64,000 bases of DNA from a virus, in the IMG/VR virus record IMGVR_UViG_3300014026_000114; one strand, written 5' to 3'. The notes under the pieces are model-generated. The model saw only the letters and a list, made by a program, of their open reading frames with translations. It had not been told where the DNA came from and did no database searches. Made by a program: the position numbers and the translations under genes. Numbering within the stretch: position 1 is the stretch's first letter; each line of letters opens with the position of its first letter. Positions 37,585-47,109 of this stretch are shown here, in pieces.

Positions 37585-38541
37585 TTGAAATCATTGAATC
37601 ATAAAAAAGCAATTATGCTCCTATCAGCACTTATTTGCGTTTCTTCTGCCAATGTATCGTTTGCAAATGAGCGACCAAATGAGGATATTGGAGGCTTTCA
37701 TATCAGGCAGAATCCTGAAATTAAGGTAGAGAAAGATCCTATCAAGGCTTCCATTGACGAAATTAAAGCAAAGGAAGAAGAGTTTCATAAGAACCGAATT
37801 GGTGATCTTTCAGTTATCAAAGAAAATGAACCCATTCAAACCAGAAAGAAACGTCGTCCTAAAGACACTCCTGAAATGAGTTCTATCAAAGAGACTTTGA
37901 CAAATGTGGTTGAACTTGCTAACGCAAAACAGTACAATATGGCTATTTGGAATCTCAAACTGCTCGCAAGTCAGCACCCTGAGTTCACAACGCTCCAAAA
38001 GTGGATTGGCGTGTATCAGAACCTTAACGGCGAATACATCGAAAGTGAAAGCACGTTTGAAGCCTTAAAACTTGGCTTCCCGCTCTCAGATAGCATCATT
38101 CAGAAAGACAACATGATTCGTTATTACGAGCTTGATAATATGCGTCATAATATGTATATGACCAAGGAAGCAAAGCTCGCTAAAGTAAAAGAGTTTGAAG
38201 ATTATATTGACAAACTCGAAAACGGACATGTGCTCGAAGGAATCCCTGAGAGCGAAATCTTGGATATACTTTGCGAATATCAAAGATTCCTTATTAACTA
38301 CGAGAGCGAAAAGTTCATTGACCATGAAAAACTTGATGCGCTTTGGAATTTCGTTCCCAAGGGAAAAAAGAACCATCTTGATGACTTCTACGGATATAAC
38401 ATTGACGAACTTACATTTATTTATGCAAAACACTACAATAGAAAGGATCTGTTGAAGACATATGTCACAAGAGAAAAAACTTCCACGAATAAAGCTGTCC
38501 AAGAGCACGTCAGAGAAGCTAAACAGATTCTCGCTCAGTAA
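37585..38541 (+). CDS. Hypothetical secreted helical protein
   Basis: Signal peptide ..VSFA-NE; promoter TGGTATAAT at 37551. Confidence 0.6.
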   Translation: MKSLNHKKAIMLLSALICVSSANVSFANERPNEDIGGFHIRQNPEIKVEKDPIKASIDEIKAKEEEFHKNRIGDLSVIKENEPIQTRKKRRPKDTPEMSSIKETLTNVVELANAKQYNMAIWNLKLLASQHPEFTTLQKWIGVYQNLNGEYIESESTFEALKLGFPLSDSIIQKDNMIRYYELDNMRHNMYMTKEAKLAKVKEFEDYIDKLENGHVLEGIPESEILDILCEYQRFLINYESEKFIDHEKLDALWNFVPKGKKNHLDDFYGYNIDELTFIYAKHYNRKDLLKTYVTREKTSTNKAVQEHVREAKQILAQ

Positions 38542-39112
38542 CATCAAAAACAAATTTTTAAGACATGCGCTCTTTGTCGGATTCACTGCGCTCTTTGTTG
38601 TCGTTGCACTGATTTCAGGACAACGACTTTATACAGAGAACGCTGCGGTTGAAATCAACGAGGTTGTTCTTGAATATTTCAACGACATGAACCACAAGGA
38701 TTTCGATGCGCTCAAAAATGTGTTATATCCGTCGGATAACGAGACATACATCTCAAACATCGCTATGAAGGCGCAAGTGGTTGGATTGCAATCCATCAGA
38801 CTGCAAAAGATTTATCCTCCGCTTGTGCTGAACAACATTGCAATCGTTGGCTTTGAAACATCCACGAACAATCTCTATAAGGGCGAAGATTTGACCTTTA
38901 GAGAAACGAATCAATTCTTTATGCTTCGCAAAGACGGCAAATGGTATATCGCTAAGCCAGAAGATTTGCTGGCGTATGACCAATCGTTTCTCTCTGAGAT
39001 GATTGAGAAATATAGTCCAATCATGCAGGAGAACATGAAGGAAGGATTTGAAGAGCGGCTTCTTTATAATTCTGCTTCCTTTGAAAAACTCCAAAAATTA
39101 AATCAAAAATAA
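38462..39112 (+). CDS. Membrane-anchored NTF2-like hypothetical protein (start uncertain)
   Basis: TM helix, EYFNDMNHKDFDALKNVL ... LRKDGKWYI. Confidence 0.55.
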   Translation: MSQEKKLPRIKLSKSTSEKLNRFSLSNIKNKFLRHALFVGFTALFVVVALISGQRLYTENAAVEINEVVLEYFNDMNHKDFDALKNVLYPSDNETYISNIAMKAQVVGLQSIRLQKIYPPLVLNNIAIVGFETSTNNLYKGEDLTFRETNQFFMLRKDGKWYIAKPEDLLAYDQSFLSEMIEKYSPIMQENMKEGFEERLLYNSASFEKLQKLNQK

Positions 39113-39237
39113 AACGAAAGAGCATCTCAAGGTGCTCTTTTTTGATGTCCAAAATAAAAAATCATATTTTGGTATAATTTCCAATGTAGCAATCGTACCT
39201 AACGACAAACTTAAATATACGGGGGTTGTCCAATAAG

Positions 39238-41031
39238 ATGAATAAGAAGTTAATTCCATTGGCAGTTACGAGCGCAATCACCGTAGGAGCGACTTTATAC
39301 AATATTGTTCCAACTGCTTCTGCGGATGATGTGCCTCTTGCTGAAAAGATTGAAGAAGCGAATAAAGATGATGCCGCACAGAGCAGCGACGTGAAAGCAG
39401 AAGATAAGAGCGATAAGTTTGAAGATAAAGCCGCCAAACAAGAAGTTCAAGAACAGCAAATTGTTCAGCACATTCTGTTTGAAGGAAATCATTCCCTTAA
39501 AACGGAAGATCTGATGAAGCTCGTCACGAACACAAAAGTTGGCGAACCTTATTCTAAGGAAATCGTTCGTAAGGATCTCGAAAACATCGCGGCAACGGGC
39601 ATTGCGCAGACAGTTAAGGCACGCGCTGTGCAGAATAATGGCGAACTCTATATCGTTTTCGATATTGAAGAACTTTCCGAAATCAAGTCGCTCAAGATTG
39701 CAGGAAATACGCTGATTGATACTGAGGAATTAACGAAAGTTCTTTCCTCAAAGGTTGGCGAACAGTTCAATCGCAACACTGTCGAAAAGGATATTGACGC
39801 CATCAAGAGTCTCTATAAAGAGAAGGGCTATATCGCCATCGTCAGCGATGTCAACAACAACGACGGCAATGTAGTGTTCAATATTGCAGAAGCACGCATT
39901 GAAGGCGTAAGCTACGAAGGCAACACCAAGACAAAGGATTGGGTGCTTGATAAAATTACGTCCAAGCGGCTCAAAAAGGGCGATTTCCTGACCACTAAGG
40001 CACTGGAAAAGGTTTACACTGATCTTGCCGCAACGGGATTCTTCAAGGACATCAAACTGGATGCCACAGAAGGTTCTACAAAGGGCGAAGTTATCCTAAA
40101 GGTCAAGGTTGAGGAAGATAAGACTGGCGAGTGGCGTCTTGGCGGCGGTTACAGTTCCAACTATAAGAGCGAAATTGTTGGTGGTATCAGCGATAAGAAC
40201 CTTCGAGGCGAAGCGAAATCCATCAACTTTGATTTCGGATTCGGTAAAGAGCGTAATAGATTCTCTCTCTCCTACGTTGATCCGTATTGGAAAAAATCAG
40301 ACACGGCAGTCTACGGCGAACTCTTTAAGTCGCAAAAAGACATTGATACGTCATACTCCAAGTACGATGAAAAGCACACTGGCGGCACGATTGGGTTCTC
40401 AAAACCTGTCACTAAAGACCAAAAGACGCGCATGTATGCCAACTTCACGATGGATAAGATTGACGTTGATTACAAGAGCGGAGCAAAGTTCGACAGCATT
40501 AAAGAGAACACGGTCACGCTCGGCGTTATCAGAGATTCGCGTGCAGGCGAGGACGAGAAGGAAACAGGAACAGTCACAGAAGCGGCTGTTACAGTTTCAC
40601 CGACATTCCTTGGTAGTGATGAGAATTACACGAAGTTCTTGCTTCGTATGAAGAATTACGCAAAGCTTTCCACGAAGGATCTTCTTGCTTCCCGCGTGGA
40701 ACTCCATTACAGTCCAAACACGCTTCCTGCTGTCAGTCAGTTCACTATCGGCGGTGCAGACAGCGTTCGTGGTCTCAATGAAGATGCACAACGCGGCAAT
40801 AAGTCTGTGCTTGCTTCAATGGAGCTTCGCCACGATATTTCCTCAAAAGTGCAAGGCGTTGTCTTCGTTGATGCTGGCAAGGCGTGGAGCGAAGAAGTCA
40901 GCAACTCGTTCAAAGTTGCGGCGGGTCTTGGACTTCGCATTAAGACCGCAATGGGAATCCTTCGACTTGATGCAGCAAAGTCGGGCGGCGAAGGAATTAA
41001 GTACATGTTCGGTATTGGACAGAGTTTCTAA
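39238..41031 (+). CDS. BamA/Omp85 family outer-membrane assembly protein
   Basis: Three POTRA repeats (EGNHSL, AGNTLI, EGNTKT), GGADSVRG, FVDAGKAW, GLGLRIKTAMGILRLD, C-terminal GIGQSF. Confidence 0.92.
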   Translation: MNKKLIPLAVTSAITVGATLYNIVPTASADDVPLAEKIEEANKDDAAQSSDVKAEDKSDKFEDKAAKQEVQEQQIVQHILFEGNHSLKTEDLMKLVTNTKVGEPYSKEIVRKDLENIAATGIAQTVKARAVQNNGELYIVFDIEELSEIKSLKIAGNTLIDTEELTKVLSSKVGEQFNRNTVEKDIDAIKSLYKEKGYIAIVSDVNNNDGNVVFNIAEARIEGVSYEGNTKTKDWVLDKITSKRLKKGDFLTTKALEKVYTDLAATGFFKDIKLDATEGSTKGEVILKVKVEEDKTGEWRLGGGYSSNYKSEIVGGISDKNLRGEAKSINFDFGFGKERNRFSLSYVDPYWKKSDTAVYGELFKSQKDIDTSYSKYDEKHTGGTIGFSKPVTKDQKTRMYANFTMDKIDVDYKSGAKFDSIKENTVTLGVIRDSRAGEDEKETGTVTEAAVTVSPTFLGSDENYTKFLLRMKNYAKLSTKDLLASRVELHYSPNTLPAVSQFTIGGADSVRGLNEDAQRGNKSVLASMELRHDISSKVQGVVFVDAGKAWSEEVSNSFKVAAGLGLRIKTAMGILRLDAAKSGGEGIKYMFGIGQSF

Positions 41032-41154
41032 GCAGAGAAGTAAGCGACGTAATTGCAAATTGATTGCGTCGCTTTTCTTCTAGCTGAACAAAACTGAATC
41101 GTCTGTGGTATAATTGAATGAGTTAAATTAAAACGAACAAAGGGGGTTTCTCTG

Positions 41155-41895
41155 TTGGGAAAGATATTTGGGTTAGCCAATTTTATTAAGGTGTTCCCAC
41201 TCAGTATCATCGTTTCTGCAAGCTTGCTGACTTCGACATATTTCCTCTACAAAGGGAATGAAGATGGTATGGCTCAAATTATCTCGCTTGTTGCGGTTCT
41301 TGTATCGGCAATCATTTTCATGGTAACTTACGCTCTGCACAACAAGGTTATTGCATCCGAAATTGTCGCACATGTACAAGGAGAAGAAGCGCCATCTATC
41401 CAAGAGGTGTTCAGCGAGTTCAAGTCTTACGGTCTTACGACAATCGGACTTGTCATCAGCTTTGCAATTCTCTATGTGTTCATTCTGCCAACCATCGGCA
41501 GTATGGCAGGCGGCATTTTCCAAATGAAGGTCGGCGGGTTTGAGTTCAATCTATTGACACTATTCATGAACCTGTGCTTCATTGTGTGGCTCATGTTTGG
41601 CTCTGCTGAGGCAAATACGGTTGAAGCGACCTATCTTGAAACAATCAAGTACACAATCGGGTTTGTGTTCAACAACTTCGCCAAAGTCGTTGCCTTCGTT
41701 GTTGCTTTCGTGATTGCACTCTTTATTCTGCAATTCACTGTTGTCAGCACGGCGGGCGGCGATCAGCTCGTATTGATGCCGATTAAAGCACTTATCTTTG
41801 CTTATGTGATTGGGTTCGTCAATACGCTCGCAACGAGCATCTTTGTGAACAACATAAAGGCAAGCGATTTCGCCGATGACGATGATGATGAGTAA
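41155..41895 (+). CDS. Polytopic membrane protein
   Basis: About 6 TM segments. Confidence 0.65.
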   Translation: MGKIFGLANFIKVFPLSIIVSASLLTSTYFLYKGNEDGMAQIISLVAVLVSAIIFMVTYALHNKVIASEIVAHVQGEEAPSIQEVFSEFKSYGLTTIGLVISFAILYVFILPTIGSMAGGIFQMKVGGFEFNLLTLFMNLCFIVWLMFGSAEANTVEATYLETIKYTIGFVFNNFAKVVAFVVAFVIALFILQFTVVSTAGGDQLVLMPIKALIFAYVIGFVNTLATSIFVNNIKASDFADDDDDE

Positions 41896-41984
41896 TTAAG
41901 GCTTGAAACAAAAATTGAGAGGACTGAATGTCCTCTCTTTTTTGTTGGTTTATTTAGATAACAAAAACTTAGGTGCGCCTGAAT

Positions 41985-43115
41985 TTATTGTTGTTCTTTC
42001 TCGGCTTTTTTAGGAGGTTTTAGCCATTTTTCATAGTCTGCGCCAAGATAGTTATCTGTAATGGCTTTGTTAAGTATTTTTGGTATTGCTGTTGCATCTA
42101 CGACACCTGCGTATGAATATAAAACATAGTTTATAGTTGCCCAAATACGCGGTAAGTCATAGTTTGTTGTTTTTATTAGATTCTCAGGATATTTAACACC
42201 AAGAGATAACATCTTTTTATAGATAAATTGATATTGTCTTTCATTAACTCCCTCTGGCGTTTTTGCTAAACAAGCACCAATTGGAATCTCCTTTAACTCT
42301 TGGTTCGACTCTATTATCTTCTCTGGGAGAAACGCAAAGGAAAATTCATACCCAATAATTACTTTTCCTTTACGAATAGCTTTGTAATTTAGCTTATAAG
42401 GAACTCTTGACTCTATCTCTTCCTTAATGGGTCTCAGAATCATTGGAACTATATTGTTTGTACGATAGTCGTTTTTTAAAAAGAATTGATGCTTCAAATC
42501 ATCAATATTGATAAAAAACGAAACCCCTTCTGTTTCGCTATGCGTGAATGATGTTTGTTTTTTTAGTAGTGATACCGCATACATAAAAAACGCCAATGTA
42601 TTTTGGGTCTTAAAGCAAGTTAATATTTCGTTTCCAAATATAGTAAAGTTCTTTTTTAAATTCAATAGATATGGCTTTAATTCGTAATTCAACTTAAAAC
42701 CGACAAGCCCTTTTCTTTCTTCGTATTCGGAAATAGACAACCACGGGAATCCCTTTTCTTTATCTAATTCTGGAATAAAAATAAAAACGGCCTTCATGGT
42801 TAAATCTCTAACAGCATTTTTCACTTCCCTGTAACAATTTTCCTTTGGAATATTAAGTACTTTTGCAAGATCAGTTGCTTTCCATACATTCATTTCGAAA
42901 TGATCGTCGTTTATTTTTATGTTGCTTATTGCTAAAAGAATCAATCTAAATTGATTAAAAGTTACGTTTGTGCGTGATTTAATTAGCACATTGTGTTCAA
43001 CGATTTTTGGATTGATTTTTTGAAATGATTCATAATCCATTTTTCTCACATCTTTAAGTGCAGATAGTTTCATCCTTTTTTCTTCGCTGGCGTTTTGATT
43101 TTGTTCTGTAAACAT
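41985..43115 (-). CDS. Rep_3 family plasmid replication initiator
   Basis: HNVLIKS, FPWLS, KLNYELKPYLLNLKKNFT, ILRPIKEEI, RKGKVIIGYEF; iterons directly upstream. Confidence 0.88.
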   Translation of the reverse strand: MFTEQNQNASEEKRMKLSALKDVRKMDYESFQKINPKIVEHNVLIKSRTNVTFNQFRLILLAISNIKINDDHFEMNVWKATDLAKVLNIPKENCYREVKNAVRDLTMKAVFIFIPELDKEKGFPWLSISEYEERKGLVGFKLNYELKPYLLNLKKNFTIFGNEILTCFKTQNTLAFFMYAVSLLKKQTSFTHSETEGVSFFINIDDLKHQFFLKNDYRTNNIVPMILRPIKEEIESRVPYKLNYKAIRKGKVIIGYEFSFAFLPEKIIESNQELKEIPIGACLAKTPEGVNERQYQFIYKKMLSLGVKYPENLIKTTNYDLPRIWATINYVLYSYAGVVDATAIPKILNKAITDNYLGADYEKWLKPPKKAEKEQQ

Positions 43116-43174
43116 GTTTTTTCTCCTTTAATAGAGTTTCATTTTTGATGTTATTATACAACAAGTTCAAAAAT

Positions 43175-43208
43175 ATTTTTAGTCGCGTTAATAAATACGA
43201 CTAAAAAT
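43175..43208. promoter_or_regulatory. Inverted repeat of the iteron half-site over the rep promoter (autorepression operator)
   Basis: ATTTTTAGTCG-N12-CGACTAAAAAT. Confidence 0.7.
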
Positions 43209-43239
43209 ATAAAATTGTTAGTCGTGAACATTATTTTTA

Positions 43240-43448
43240 CAGTCAAATCTTAGTCATGAAACAAACCCAAACAGTCAATTCTTAGTCGTATAAAAAATAC
43301 TACAGTCAAATCTTAGTCGTATCACAGTCAAATCTTAGTCGTATCACAGTCATTTTTTAGTCTTATTAAGCGAGTTTTTAGTCAATTCTTAGTCGCATTA
43401 TCCCAAACTACAGTCATTTCTTAGTCACTTTGCAGTCATTTCTTAGTC
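43240..43448 (+). repeat. Iteron array (8 copies), plasmid origin
   Basis: (C/T)AGTCAwwTyTTAGTC at 43240, 43272, 43303, 43325, 43347, 43379, 43411, 43433; AT-rich tract follows. Confidence 0.9.
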
Positions 43449-44227
43449 GTGTAACGTCGCAAAGCGTTGGCGTTTCTAGGTTTCGCAAAGGTACAATAGA
43501 AAAAAAAGATCTATAAAACGTATTTCTATAAAACGCTACGAAATCTGTTAATTTCTTTGTTTCTTTCTTTAAGACCTCTTAAAAGTAATTTAGTTTTAAT
43601 GTTGGTTTTTTTTTGCAAAAAAACGACTACTACATGACCACTTAAATAAATGGTCTTCTTTAAATATCTTTGACCATTAAGAAATATATTTGCAAGTCAA
43701 ATCCATTTTCTCTATCCGAAGAAAAAGGTCGCTAATTTTTGATTCCTTTGTTCGCTAAGACAAAGATCGAAAGTTTTAGAGTGGATTGAATCTTTCCAAG
43801 AAGAGGATTTGGAGGTTTTAGTTCTCTTTGTTCGTTAAGCAATATTCTCCAAGTTTCGTGGTTTTCTGTTCTTTTTTTCTCTGATCGTTTGAAGTTTTCT
43901 TGGTCAAAAAGACAAGGATCGCAAGTTTCGTGGCTTCGTGTAAAGAGAAACGATCTTCTGTTTTGTAGGATTTTAAGTTTTTCCCAAAGCAAAAGGCGAA
44001 GAGGAAGATTCTCTCCTCTAAGGTCAGTTTCGATAAGAAGTTACGCTCCAAATGGCTAAGAAGGAAATCCTTGTTCGTTAGTCTTGTTTTCGTCAAGAAA
44101 GAAGGTTGATTTATTAATTCTCCTTCTTTCATTTGCATCTCTTTGATCGTGTCGTTCTCTAAACAAACCATATTCTTTTGGTATAATCAAGACGTGCTTT
44201 TTAAACAACTAATCCTTTCAAATAGAG

Positions 44228-45073
44228 GTGTCATCATTGATTAAACATAAACTTATCACCTTTGGAATTGCGGCGAGCTTGATTCTTGGCAGCGGTGCGC
44301 CCACTGCGCTGGCGGTCGATGTGCCCGTCCAGTCGGATTCGGTGCGTGCTCATGATGGTCGTTCAGGCAAAATTCAGCCCAATGCTGAAGTAACCACTGC
44401 GGAAAAGGCAGTTTCATATAAGCTCATTAATGACTCGACTGGAACGCTCACAGAAGCTGAAATTAACAGCATCTCCAATGAGCTTCGCACAGTGCAGGAC
44501 AAGATGAATGGACAGATGGGAATTAAATTCCAACTATATACATTCATTTATGACTCGCCATCGAAGCCTGTTGTAGCGGCATCCAAAGAGGTCATTGACA
44601 GCAGCTCATTAGACGAAAATGCAACACCGCTCATTTTTGTTTACAACAAAGCCGATCATAAATATCACTTTGTTGTTGATTCACGCATCTCGAAATACAT
44701 TTCGGCGAATTATATTTGCAATCTTGCAGATGAGCTTCTTGGAAGCGGATTAACAGCACCTGCGCTCAAAGAGTTCTTAATTCGCACTGATTCGACTGTT
44801 GCGATGACGATTGATGGTGGGTTCTCGCAGGTATCGCGTATGCCTATCAACGAAAAAGCGATGAAAGAGCATGTTACAGTGCATGACTTCACCGAATCTG
44901 AAACATCTGATGAGAACGCAAAGAATCTGCTTGAAAAGAAGCCAGAAACGAAGCAAAAAGACAGCGAAGATGATGCTCTTTCTACTTATGCGCCGATTAT
45001 CGCCTTTGTTCTTGCCTTGGGAACGCTTATTGTAATATTTAAGCGTAGAAAGAAAAACCAAAATATGAGGTGA
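44228..45073 (+). CDS. Secreted, C-terminally anchored protein (TPM-domain-like)
   Basis: Signal peptide; INDSTGTLTEAEINSI; C-terminal TM plus KRRKK. Confidence 0.55.
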   Translation: MSSLIKHKLITFGIAASLILGSGAPTALAVDVPVQSDSVRAHDGRSGKIQPNAEVTTAEKAVSYKLINDSTGTLTEAEINSISNELRTVQDKMNGQMGIKFQLYTFIYDSPSKPVVAASKEVIDSSSLDENATPLIFVYNKADHKYHFVVDSRISKYISANYICNLADELLGSGLTAPALKEFLIRTDSTVAMTIDGGFSQVSRMPINEKAMKEHVTVHDFTESETSDENAKNLLEKKPETKQKDSEDDALSTYAPIIAFVLALGTLIVIFKRRKKNQNMR

Positions 45074-45080
45074 GGACCAA

Positions 45081-45635
45081 ATGGGTGAATCAAGTAAATG
45101 GCTCGCAGTTGGCTTTATTGTTGTTGTCTGTGCTGTTCTTTTGAATTTCAGCGGAGGTTCAAAGATTAGCTCCGACCATGACAAACAAGTAGAGCGAGAA
45201 ACGCCTTATTCGTTCTCGAAAGGAACGGATGATATGCCAGAGTCATCGAATTATACATATGGAATAAAAGAGTACCAAGTACTCAACGATGTTGTTTCAG
45301 AAGGAATGGTCATCAAGCGGTATCAGCGCATCTTTAAGAACACTCTCCGCAAGGATTACGATATTGAAGCTGCTTATGTCGATTTCGCAAGAGACATGGA
45401 AGAGTACAAAACGCACCTTCGGAACAACATCGCTGACTTAAAGGCAATGCGTCCTGCGCAGGAGCAGACTCGTTATGAGCAAGCGAATGCGCTGAGGAAA
45501 CTTGAAGAGTTTTACTCGAAACTTTCCGAATATCCAGGGCGCTCAGGCAACATCAAAGATACGCTAAAGTTCTTGGATGAGTGTGAATATGAACTTGGGA
45601 AGTTGCATCAGGAACAAAAACTCCCCAAAGAATGA
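45081..45635 (+). CDS. Hypothetical membrane-anchored protein
   Basis: N-terminal TM helix; helical body. Confidence 0.6.
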   Translation: MGESSKWLAVGFIVVVCAVLLNFSGGSKISSDHDKQVERETPYSFSKGTDDMPESSNYTYGIKEYQVLNDVVSEGMVIKRYQRIFKNTLRKDYDIEAAYVDFARDMEEYKTHLRNNIADLKAMRPAQEQTRYEQANALRKLEEFYSKLSEYPGRSGNIKDTLKFLDECEYELGKLHQEQKLPKE

Positions 45636-45693
45636 CAAAATAGATTTTTGATAAAATTGTAGGCAGTAATCGAACATAAAAGAAAGGGGATTT

Positions 45694-46266
45694 TTGTTCA
45701 TGGCAGAGTTTAGTTTCGGCAGGACAAAATTCAAACCTCCTTCTCTACTTCAGCGTTTAAAAAATATGAAGATGGAGGATATAAAGAAACTCCGTTGGAA
45801 AGATTTGACACCTGAGCAGAGAAAGAAGATTATCATTGGCGGCGTTGTGTTTTTCCTGTTGCTATTATTCATTGGTATCTTCTCGCAAAACGATGAGGAA
45901 ATGTATAAAGAGAACGTCAACGACTTTGTGAAGTATTCTGCACAGTATGATGTTCAATCTACGGCAAAGACTACAACAAGCGCTGCGCATCAGCTCATCA
46001 TTGGCCAAGCAAACAAGATTAAAGCAATCAAAGCAAAGAACTATAAAACGAAAATCAACAGCATTGAAACAAAGATTGCCTCGCAAAAGAACAATTCCAT
46101 CATTGGAACTGCTCGCGTGAACACTGTGGAACAGATGGGCAACGAAGAGCCGAAGAACTTTACGCACCTCTTTGTCTTCCAAGGGCAAAAGGTTGGCGCA
46201 GGTTGGAAGATTGGTAACTTGCTTGAGGCAGAGGCAAAACTGAGCACGGCAGATTCCAATAAGTGA
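45694..46266 (+). CDS. Hypothetical membrane-anchored protein
   Basis: Single TM helix; stop codon abuts the inserted element. Confidence 0.6.
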   Translation: MFMAEFSFGRTKFKPPSLLQRLKNMKMEDIKKLRWKDLTPEQRKKIIIGGVVFFLLLLFIGIFSQNDEEMYKENVNDFVKYSAQYDVQSTAKTTTSAAHQLIIGQANKIKAIKAKNYKTKINSIETKIASQKNNSIIGTARVNTVEQMGNEEPKNFTHLFVFQGQKVGAGWKIGNLLEAEAKLSTADSNK

Positions 46267-46587
46267 CGTGCGTGGATCCCCCCCCCCGCCTCTAAGTCCG
46301 TTAGGACGTAGGCGGGGGGGGGAAACGCACACAGGTTCGTAGACAAACAACGTGTTTTATGGTAAGATAAGAGAAGTAAGGGAACAACGAGAAACTTGTT
46401 CGAGCCTTGGCTCTTAGGCACTCGCCCTGAAAAAGAGTAACCTCGGCTATACGCTTGGGTGAACGGGCGCGGTCAACCGCCCGCACGCGGACAGGAGAGG
46501 CAGGTTGCACACCGCTATGACCTCTGGTTTCCTGAACTGCAAGCCCCGACTTCAGCGGCGTGAGCCGCAAGTCGTGGGTGCGTTGAC
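46264..46587 (+). mobile_element. Non-autonomous IS200/IS605 element: left end, promoter, TnpB-type omegaRNA, right end
   Basis: Left-end hairpin GCGTGGATCCCCC..GGGGGAAACGC; TAGACA-17-TAAGAT promoter (46340-46368); right end CTGCAAGCCCCGACTT..AAGTCGTGGGTGCGTTGAC; no ORF. Confidence 0.78.
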
Positions 46588-46716
46588 TAAATGATGTTCT
46601 AAAAAAGAGAGGTTAATCCCTCTCTTTTGTTTTTTGTTTTCAGAACCAACAGAACAAAATTTTTGAAGAAATGGTACAATCAAGATAGTTATAAACAGGA
46701 AAGTTGGTGAATTGGT

Positions 46717-47109
46717 TTGCTATGCGTTAATTGCGCGAAAGAGTTCTTTAAGTCTTTGTCTGATCAAGAGTTAATGGTTCTTTGCTATATCTATGGCCGC
46801 GAAAGCAGAGTCAGGAAAGTACTTGAAGCTGGCGCGGCAGAAGATAATGGTGGGGTTGTCTCGCAACTCATCAATATAAAAAATACGGCAAAAATCATCG
46901 CAGAAGCGACAAGGATGAATGTAAATAGCGTTCGGTTTGCTTTGAAGCTGTTCGTTCGTATGGGAGCGTTAACGTGTCACAAAAACGATCACGCATGGAA
47001 TTATAGCGTAGATGAGCTTGGTCGGTTGTTCATCCAACTGTTAAGTGAAGATAAGCCAAGACTGGCAATGATAAATAGAAGGTTGAAAGAGGGATTAAAT
47101 CGTGCTTAA
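46717..47109 (+). CDS. Winged-helix protein, probable TubR-type partition adaptor
   Basis: TAKIIAEATRMNVNSVRFALKLF..MGAL helix-turn-helix; overlaps the tubZ start. Confidence 0.6.
   Translation: MLCVNCAKEFFKSLSDQELMVLCYIYGRESRVRKVLEAGAAEDNGGVVSQLINIKNTAKIIAEATRMNVNSVRFALKLFVRMGALTCHKNDHAWNYSVDELGRLFIQLLSEDKPRLAMINRRLKEGLNRA

Noticed and set aside
43240..43448. Possible CRISPR array
   Set aside because: Repeats 16 bp with 6-16 bp gaps, phased, next to Rep_3: iterons
43780..43792. GTGGATTGAAT, like a I-C repeat 3' end
   Set aside because: No upstream stem-loop or leader
46264..46587. IscB/HEARO omegaRNA reading on the minus strand (starts GTCAAC)
   Set aside because: Promoter, left-end orientation and CTGCAAGCCCC..GTTGAC end fit a plus-strand TnpB-type RNA; IscB scaffold motifs not evident
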